In this document: in pieces, positions 57,925-64,000 of the stretch
Position numbering within the stretch: the first letter of the stretch is position 1
How the letters are laid out: every line of letters begins with the position of its first letter
Source of the DNA: Lysobacterales bacterium
GTDB taxonomy: Bacteria; Pseudomonadota; Gammaproteobacteria; Xanthomonadales; Xanthomonadaceae
Assembly (NCBI GenBank): GCA_038216155.1
Contig: JBBQQH010000002.1
Span: forward strand, 108 to 64,107
DNA: 64,000 nt
Reading direction: 5' to 3'
The notes under the pieces: model-generated
The model's database searches: none
What the model was told of the DNA's origin: nothing
The model's input: the letters and a program-made list of their open reading frames with translations, nothing else
Made by a program: the position numbers and the translations under genes

Positions 57925-60720
57925 TCATTCGCCGCAGTCGATCAGCGCTTTTGCGGCCTCGCGATTGACCACGCTGACCGGCAGTTCGGCGTCGATCTCG
58001 GCCTTGATCTGTTGCAGGTTGCGGCGCCCACTTTCACGCTGATCGGCATTTGCGCACTGCCACTGAGCGGCCAGCGTGCGGGTCTCCCAGCGCAGGCGAC
58101 GGTATTCGACATCATTGGGCGGGAATTGCGAGAGGATCGCGGCAATCAGTGCATCAGCTTCGGGCTGACGTTGCTGCGCGGCGCGCAGGCGCGCCAGCGA
58201 CAGTTCGGCTTGCCCGGTGAGCGCATGGCTTGGGCCGTAATCCCTGCGCAGGATCGCCAACGCCTGAGTCAACAACGGCTCCGCGCCATCGGCATCTTGG
58301 CGCGCAAGGCGGATCTCGCCAATCTGGCGCAGGCTGGCTCCGACCAACCCCTGGTTCGAGCCAAACATGCGTTCACGTAGCGCCAGCGCCCGCCGCGCCA
58401 ACGGTTCGGCGTCGGCATCGCGACCGACGCTGTGCAGGATCATCGCGAGGTTGAACAAGCCGCCATGCAATCGCGGCGATTGCGCCCACAGCTTCAATGC
58501 CCGCCGCAACTGGAGTTCCGCGGTGGCCAGGTCGCCGCGCTCCCACGCGATGATGCCTAGGCTATTGCCCATCGAACCGAGGTCGGGATGGTGCGGCCCA
58601 AGTAAGCGTGTGAGTTGTTGGTCGGCCTGGGTGAATAGCGGTTCGGCAAGATCAAGCTTGCCCTGGTCGACGTAAATCGCGGCCAGCCCGCGTTCGGTAT
58701 CGATCGTGGTCGGATGTCCCGGGCCGTACAGTTGCATCGCCAGCCGATACGACGTGCGGTACGCATTTTCCGCGTCAGCGCCGTGGCCAAGCTCGCGATT
58801 GAGCCCGCCCAGCCCCTGCCAGATGCGGATCGCCAGATCGCCCTGGTCACTGTGCGCGGCCCGCAGGCGTTTGAGCGCATCCAGCAATCCCTGCAATGCG
58901 ACCGTGTTGTGCCCGGCATCTGCTTCAAGCATGGCCAGATCGATCAGACTTTCGGCTTCTGCGCTTGCGCCATTGTCCAGTCTCCTGCGCAGCGTCAGGG
59001 CTTTCTGGAACTGCCTGCGGGCGCCAGCGCGATCCTGCAACGCTCGGTCGCAACGACCCAGCACCGAGGCATAGTCGGCGGCCTGCCTGCGCGCAGTATC
59101 GCCGTGGCCTTCGGTTTCTTCTTCGTGCGCGGTCAGCAACTTGCGGCAGCTCGCGGCGTCGCCCAGCCGCAACAACGCATCGCCGCGCAATTGCAGCGAA
59201 TCGACCTGGATCGGCAACGGCGCCGCAAACAATGCACCTTTCTGCTGGTCGAGCACCGCGATCGCGGTCGCGTAGTCGCCCATCCGCAAGCGCATGCGTG
59301 CGATCAGCGCCAGCAGTTCGGCGCGCAGAATGGGTTGCCGCGCAAATTCGGTGTTGGTGCGGCGCACACCGGCATCGAGCAGGCGGCGGATGTCGACCGC
59401 GTTGGACGGACCGGCCTCCTTCTCGGCCTGCTCGAACAGACCGATCACGAAGCTGTGCATCGCCTGCGCGCGCTGTGCTTCGGCTCGCGCCTCGCGCGCC
59501 TGCCACGAGACGATGTACAACGCGCCGCCGAGCACCGCGATGATCGCCAGCCCGATCGAGATCTGCAGCGCGTTGCGTTGCAGGTATTTGCGGAATCGAT
59601 AGTCGAGGCTGTGCGGGCGCGCGTTGATTGGACGCCCGCCGATATGCCGGCGCAGATCGCTGGCCAGCGCCTCGACGGAGAGATAGCGATCCTCGGGATC
59701 CTTTTGCAACGCCTTCAGCACGATGGTGTCAAGATCGCCGCTGAGCGCGCGTGCCAGCTTGCGATCCGAGCGCGTCAGGCGATCCTCGCTTTCGCGCGAC
59801 ACCAGCGATGGACGGATCGGCTCCTCGCCCAAAATCGCCTCTTCCCACGCCGCATCGGTGTCGCGCTTGAGCTCGAATGGCTTGCTGCCGGTCAGCAGTT
59901 CGTACAGCACCATTCCCAGCGAATAAACGTCGGTGGTGGCGGTGACAGGATCGCCTCTAATCTGCTCCGGCGCGGCATAATGCAAGGTGAAGACGCGCGA
60001 GCCGGCGCGGGTGGTATCGCTGCCCTCGCGACCGGGCGCATCCAGCACCTTGGCGATGCCGAAATCCAGCAGTCGCACGGCCCCGCTTGGCGTCACCAGG
60101 ATATTGGACGGCTTGAGGTCGCGATGGACCACCAAGCTTGCGTGCGCGTGGCTGACCGCGCTGCACACCTGCAGGAACAAGGCCAGTTTTTGCAGCACGC
60201 TGAGTTTGCGCTGGCTGGCATAGACCAGGATGTTCTGGCCTTCGACATACTCCAGCGCAAGATACGGCTGGCCGTCGTCGCCGAAGCCGGCATCGAGAAA
60301 ACGCGCGACGTGTTCGTGCGCGAGCTTGGCCAGGATCTGGCGTTCGCGATCAAAGCGTGTGCGCAGGCCGGTGTCGGCAAATCCCGGATGCAACAACTTG
60401 AGCGCAGCGCGACGCTCGAACAGGCCGTCGGCGCGTTCGGCCAGCCAGACCTGACCCATGCCGCCTTCGCCGATCATCCGCAGCAGGCGATACGGTCCGA
60501 CCAGTGCACCGGGCTGCGAGACCTTGATCTGGGTGTGATAAACCGGAGTTTCGAGAAAATCTGGCCGCGATTGTTCCAGCGCCAGCAAGCGTCGAACGTC
60601 GTCGACCAGATCGGGTTGTTCGCGCTCCAGCCGCAGCATCCGCAGTTCGCGCGTTGCCGGATCCATGTCCAGCAACTCGTCCAGGATCGGTGCGACCCGC
60701 GCCCATTGCGCCGTGTCCAT
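57925..60720 (-). CDS. transmembrane Ser/Thr protein kinase with periplasmic TPR repeats
   Basis: It has the Hanks kinase motifs GEGGMGQVW, VHRDLKPSNIL, DFGIAK and APE, one TM helix (ISIGLAIIAVLGGALYIVSW), and about 500 aa of TPR-like repeats. Its start lies 8 nt after the sigma-factor stop. Confidence 0.88.
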   Translation of the reverse strand: MDTAQWARVAPILDELLDMDPATRELRMLRLEREQPDLVDDVRRLLALEQSRPDFLETPVYHTQIKVSQPGALVGPYRLLRMIGEGGMGQVWLAERADGLFERRAALKLLHPGFADTGLRTRFDRERQILAKLAHEHVARFLDAGFGDDGQPYLALEYVEGQNILVYASQRKLSVLQKLALFLQVCSAVSHAHASLVVHRDLKPSNILVTPSGAVRLLDFGIAKVLDAPGREGSDTTRAGSRVFTLHYAAPEQIRGDPVTATTDVYSLGMVLYELLTGSKPFELKRDTDAAWEEAILGEEPIRPSLVSRESEDRLTRSDRKLARALSGDLDTIVLKALQKDPEDRYLSVEALASDLRRHIGGRPINARPHSLDYRFRKYLQRNALQISIGLAIIAVLGGALYIVSWQAREARAEAQRAQAMHSFVIGLFEQAEKEAGPSNAVDIRRLLDAGVRRTNTEFARQPILRAELLALIARMRLRMGDYATAIAVLDQQKGALFAAPLPIQVDSLQLRGDALLRLGDAASCRKLLTAHEEETEGHGDTARRQAADYASVLGRCDRALQDRAGARRQFQKALTLRRRLDNGASAEAESLIDLAMLEADAGHNTVALQGLLDALKRLRAAHSDQGDLAIRIWQGLGGLNRELGHGADAENAYRTSYRLAMQLYGPGHPTTIDTERGLAAIYVDQGKLDLAEPLFTQADQQLTRLLGPHHPDLGSMGNSLGIIAWERGDLATAELQLRRALKLWAQSPRLHGGLFNLAMILHSVGRDADAEPLARRALALRERMFGSNQGLVGASLRQIGEIRLARQDADGAEPLLTQALAILRRDYGPSHALTGQAELSLARLRAAQQRQPEADALIAAILSQFPPNDVEYRRLRWETRTLAAQWQCANADQRESGRRNLQQIKAEIDAELPVSVVNREAAKALIDCGE

Positions 60721-60728
60721 GCAACACC

Positions 60729-61316
60729 TCAGCCGGGCTGCAATTCCGCCAGCAGGAACAGCCGGGCTTTTTGCCAGTCACGGCGCACGGTGCGTTCGGA
60801 ACACTCCATCAGCTCGGCGATATCCACCTCGGTCAGGCCGGCGAAGTAGCGCAGTTCGACCACCTTGCACAGCCGCTGGTCGACTTCGCCCAAGCGCATC
60901 AGCGCCCGATCCAGGTGCAGCAGATCCTCGCCCAGGCTCATGCCGCCAGTGATGTGGTCAGGCAAGTCGGTGACCCGTTGCTGGTCGCCGCCGCGCTTCT
61001 GGCTCAGCCGCTGGCGCGCGTAGTCGACCACCACACTGCGCATTGCGGTGGCGGCATAGGCAAAAAAATGCGCGCGGTCGGCGAACTCGGCGTTCTGGTT
61101 GCGGATCAGCTTGAAATACGACTCGTGCACCAGTGCGGTGGTGTCGAGCGTGCCGCCCTTGTGGCCGTTGAGCTGGCGGCGCGCCATCGCGTGCAGTTCG
61201 CGGTAAAGCTTGGCCAGCACGCTATCGAGCGCCTCGCGATCGCCCGCGCGCGCTGCCATCAGCATGACGGTGATATCGGAGTCGGCCATCGGGGGGTCGG
61301 CCATCAGGAGGGGCAT
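60729..61316 (-). CDS. ECF-type RNA polymerase sigma factor (kinase-associated subgroup)
   Basis: The sigma2 region is LVHESYFKL...FFAYAATAMRSVVVDYAR and the sigma4 region is VELRYFAGLTEVDIAELMECSERTVRRDW. There is no adjacent anti-sigma gene; a kinase gene follows instead. Confidence 0.82.
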   Translation of the reverse strand: MPLLMADPPMADSDITVMLMAARAGDREALDSVLAKLYRELHAMARRQLNGHKGGTLDTTALVHESYFKLIRNQNAEFADRAHFFAYAATAMRSVVVDYARQRLSQKRGGDQQRVTDLPDHITGGMSLGEDLLHLDRALMRLGEVDQRLCKVVELRYFAGLTEVDIAELMECSERTVRRDWQKARLFLLAELQPG

Positions 61317-61391
61317 CGAGTGAATCGTCGACTGCGATAATACGGCATGCCGTGCCGCATTCGAGTTGCGGATGTCCGCAAGCCGCCGCGT

Positions 61392-62204
61392 TTAGCGTTG
61401 ACAGCGCGGGCACCAGACGGAAGCGCGCTGGCCGATCTGAGTCTGCCGCAACAGTGTTGCGCACACCTTGCAGAGTTCGCCTTCGCGGCCATACACCAGC
61501 AACTCCTGCTCGAAATACCCAGGCACGCCGTCGGGGCTGATGAAGTCGCGCAGGGTGGTGCCGCCGCGTTCGATCGCGTAGCTCAGGATTCGGCGCACGG
61601 CGTCGGCCAGCGCCTGATAGCGCCGCAAGCTGATCCGACCCGCGGCGATGCGCGGGGCGATGCCGGCGGCGAACAACGCTTCGGCCGCATAGATATTGCC
61701 GACCCCTACCACGACAGCCTGGTCCATCAAAAACGACTTCACCGCGGCGCTGCGGCCGCGCGAACGCCGCCAGAGATATTCGCCATCAAACTCATCGCCC
61801 AGCGGCTCCGGCCCCAGCCTGGCCAGCAGCGGATGCACGCGACCGTGCGCCTGCCAGAGCAGGCTGCCAAACCGGCGTGGGTCGGTGAAACGCAGCACCT
61901 TGCCCGAATCGAGCGCCAGATCGACGTGATCGTGCGCGCCGATCGCAGTCGCCGCCGGCAATACCCGCAGGCTGCCCGACATGCCCAGGTGCAGCAATGC
62001 GCTGCCGGTTTGTACCTCCAGCAGCAGATACTTGGCGCGGCGACTGACCGCCTCGACGCGTTGACCCGGCAATTCGTCGCGAATCTCGGTCGGAATCGGC
62101 CAGCGCAGATCCGGGCGACGCAACACGGCGCCGGTGATGCGGCGACCAATGAGATGCGGTGCCAGGCCGCGTCGTGTGGTTTCGACTTCAGGTAACTCGG
62201 GCAT
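61392..62204 (-). CDS. mutM: formamidopyrimidine-DNA glycosylase
   Basis: It has the N-terminal MPELPEVET and a C-terminal zinc finger CxxC...CxxC (CKVC...CPRC). The protein is 270 aa. Confidence 0.93.
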   Translation of the reverse strand: MPELPEVETTRRGLAPHLIGRRITGAVLRRPDLRWPIPTEIRDELPGQRVEAVSRRAKYLLLEVQTGSALLHLGMSGSLRVLPAATAIGAHDHVDLALDSGKVLRFTDPRRFGSLLWQAHGRVHPLLARLGPEPLGDEFDGEYLWRRSRGRSAAVKSFLMDQAVVVGVGNIYAAEALFAAGIAPRIAAGRISLRRYQALADAVRRILSYAIERGGTTLRDFISPDGVPGYFEQELLVYGREGELCKVCATLLRQTQIGQRASVWCPRCQR

Positions 62205-62314
62205 GGGTGCCTCGTCTGGCCGAAAAGCTTAACCGCCGCGAACGCCACCCGGCACAGGCTGGAAATGCCGACCCAGCGGCCTCATCATGGGGGTTCAACC
62301 GGGAGCCCCTTCCA

Positions 62315-63517
62315 ATGCCGAGCGCCTTGTACGACTGGCTGACCCAAGGTCTGTCAGGTTTTGGCTGGATCCAGATCGGTGTGTATTTCCTGATCGTCAC
62401 CCAGCTCACCATTCTGTCGGTCACCCTGTACCTGCATCGCAGCCAAGCGCATCGCGCCGTGGACTTCCACCCGGTGCTCGCCCATTTCTTCCGCTTCTGG
62501 GTCTGGCTAACTACTTCGATGATCACCAAGGAGTGGGCGGCGATCCATCGCAAGCACCACGCCCACTGCGAAACCGAGGAAGATCCGCACAGCCCGCAAG
62601 TGTTCGGCATTCGCAAGGTGATGTGGCAGGGCGTTGAACTGTATCGCGAGGCGCGCGCCGATCGCGCGTCGATCGAGAAATACGGCAAGGGCTGCCCGGA
62701 CGACTGGATCGAGCGCCATCTGTACACGCCCTACGCCACTCTCGGCCCCACACTCCTGTTGTTCATCAGCATCGCGTTGTTCGGGGTGATTGGTGTGGCG
62801 ATCTGGGCGATCCAGAGTTTGTGGATTCCGTTCTGGGCGGCTGGCATCGTCAATGGCGTCGGCCATTGGTGGGGCTATCGCAACTACGAGACCACCGACA
62901 CCGCGACCAATCTCACGCCATGGGCGTTTTGGGTGGGCGGTGAGGAATTGCACAACAACCATCATGCGTTTCCAAGTTCGGCCAAGTTCGCCCTGCGCAA
63001 GTGGGAGTTCGATATCGGCTGGATGGTAATCCAGGGTTTGCAGGCGCTGGGACTGGCGAAGGTGCTGCGCGTCGCGCCATCGCTGGACGTGCGCCCGAAC
63101 ATTCCGCTGCCCGATGGCGAAACCCTGAAGGCGCTGCTTACGCATCGCTTCCAGGCCGGCACCGATTATTACCGCAAGGTGATGCTGCCGACGTTGCGAG
63201 AAGAGGCCGCGCGCAAGGCCGGTGACTGGGTCAAGCTTCCGCGCAAGCTGCGCAAGGGCTTGGCCGACAATGGCCGCTGGCTCGATTCCGATGCGCGCGA
63301 ACGGCTCAATGCGTGGGTGCACGCGCGACCGAAGATCGCCACCGTGGTCGAGTACCGCGCCCGGCTCGCCGCGGTGCTGGAACAACGCAGCCTGGATGCC
63401 GCCACCACGCTGACCGGGTTGCGCCAGTGGTGCGCCGAAGCCGAAGCTTCAGGCGTGCGCGCGTTGGAAGAGTTCTCGGCGCGGATGAAGGGCTATGCGG
63501 TGGTGGCAGCGCACTGA
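62315..63517 (+). CDS. membrane fatty-acid desaturase (DesA/delta-9-like)
   Basis: The ATG at 62315 is used. It has the His boxes HRSQAH, HRKHHAHCE and HNNHHAF and N-terminal TM helices. The track ORF's 52 extra N-terminal codons overlap mutM. Confidence 0.82.
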   Translation: MPSALYDWLTQGLSGFGWIQIGVYFLIVTQLTILSVTLYLHRSQAHRAVDFHPVLAHFFRFWVWLTTSMITKEWAAIHRKHHAHCETEEDPHSPQVFGIRKVMWQGVELYREARADRASIEKYGKGCPDDWIERHLYTPYATLGPTLLLFISIALFGVIGVAIWAIQSLWIPFWAAGIVNGVGHWWGYRNYETTDTATNLTPWAFWVGGEELHNNHHAFPSSAKFALRKWEFDIGWMVIQGLQALGLAKVLRVAPSLDVRPNIPLPDGETLKALLTHRFQAGTDYYRKVMLPTLREEAARKAGDWVKLPRKLRKGLADNGRWLDSDARERLNAWVHARPKIATVVEYRARLAAVLEQRSLDAATTLTGLRQWCAEAEASGVRALEEFSARMKGYAVVAAH

Positions 63518-63562
63518 ATCGCCTCACGACCGTGATAGTCGGTTGCCGACGGAGCTCGCGCC

Positions 63563-64000
63563 ATGCCGCTGAAGATCTCGCTGGATGAAACCATCGCCGC
63601 CTCGCCAAACAAGGTGTGGGCGGCGCTGGTGCACCTTCCAACATGGCCATTGTGGGTGCCGAACCTGATGCGCCTGGAAGTCGAAAACGACGCACCGCTC
63701 GCCGTCGGTTCGCAATGGTGCGAAGTCCGCGGAACGGCAGCGCGCGACGCAACTGAGCACTATCAAGTCACCGCGCTCGAACCCGAACGACTGCTTGCCC
63801 TGCATGTCGATGGCCGCAAGGGCGCGACCGGCCGCGGTGATTATCATTTCCGCTATCGACTCGACCCAGTGCCCATCGGCACCCGGATGAATCTCGAAGC
63901 CGATATCCTCGAGATGGGCTGGCTGTTCCGACGCGTGTTCGGTCGGCTGTTCCACCGTGGCATCCGCGCTACCCTCGCTGCCGACCTCACCGCATTCAAA
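63563..64000 (+). CDS. SRPBCC (START/polyketide-cyclase-like) family protein, partial at right edge
   Basis: The plus-strand frame is open from the ATG at 63563 to the window end: MPLKISLDETIAASPNKVWAALVHLPTWPLWVPNLMRLEVEND...GSQWCEVRG.... This is the typical SRPBCC N-terminus. The track lists only the antisense shadow 63524..63955. Confidence 0.6.
   Translation, partial: MPLKISLDETIAASPNKVWAALVHLPTWPLWVPNLMRLEVENDAPLAVGSQWCEVRGTAARDATEHYQVTALEPERLLALHVDGRKGATGRGDYHFRYRLDPVPIGTRMNLEADILEMGWLFRRVFGRLFHRGIRATLAADLTAFK

Noticed and set aside
58714-60849. 711-aa plus-strand ORF
   Set aside because: It is antisense to the Ser/Thr kinase and sigma-factor genes. It has no motifs and its composition is typical of GC-rich shadow frames.
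63524-63955. 143-aa minus-strand ORF
   Set aside because: The plus strand carries an open frame from 63563 to the window edge with a convincing SRPBCC N-terminus. The minus ORF is its shadow.

Overview
This is a high-GC chromosomal segment from a gammaproteobacterium, probably Xanthomonadales/Lysobacterales. That placement is an inference from an OleA-type thiolase, the gene orders bioB-bioF-bioH-bioC, glyQ-glyS-tamA-tamB and tatA-tatB-tatC, and typical REP-like intergenic repeats. I call about 50 CDS. Most are housekeeping genes: M16 peptidase, ubiA, comF, the biotin operon, pepN, mnmG, glyQS, tamAB, tatABC, hemH, rdgC, plsB, rep, tdk and mutM. I found no rRNA, tRNA, CRISPR array, transposase or integrase. 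Many ORF-track entries are GC-driven antisense or out-of-frame shadows, and several real genes start downstream of the longest-ORF start; I give corrected starts where the sequence supports them.

The observations worth a second look are:
- A chimeric ygjP'::'rdgC junction (46075-46666) looks like a duplication scar. It brackets a desT-desCB fatty-acid desaturase cassette that has a perfect 18-bp operator palindrome.
- An AT-richer islet beside that scar carries two small orphan envelope ORFs.
- A REP-like element and an AT-rich block are inserted in frame in the essential glyS gene. A 24-bp tandem repeat sits in frame in comF.
- A candidate sigma54-dependent small RNA (GG-N10-GC promoter plus intrinsic terminator) lies upstream of mnmG, next to a partial duplication of the mnmG 5' end.
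- An orphan GspE-type secretion ATPase is translationally coupled to a glutamine amidotransferase and followed 2 nt later by a membrane protein gene.
- A Tyr/Gly/Asp-rich, His-rich lipoprotein.
- An ECF sigma factor paired with a transmembrane Ser/Thr kinase that has a TPR sensor domain.
- A partial Fic gene follows an AT-rich spacer downstream of oleA.

All family assignments come from reading motifs in the translations. No database search was run.
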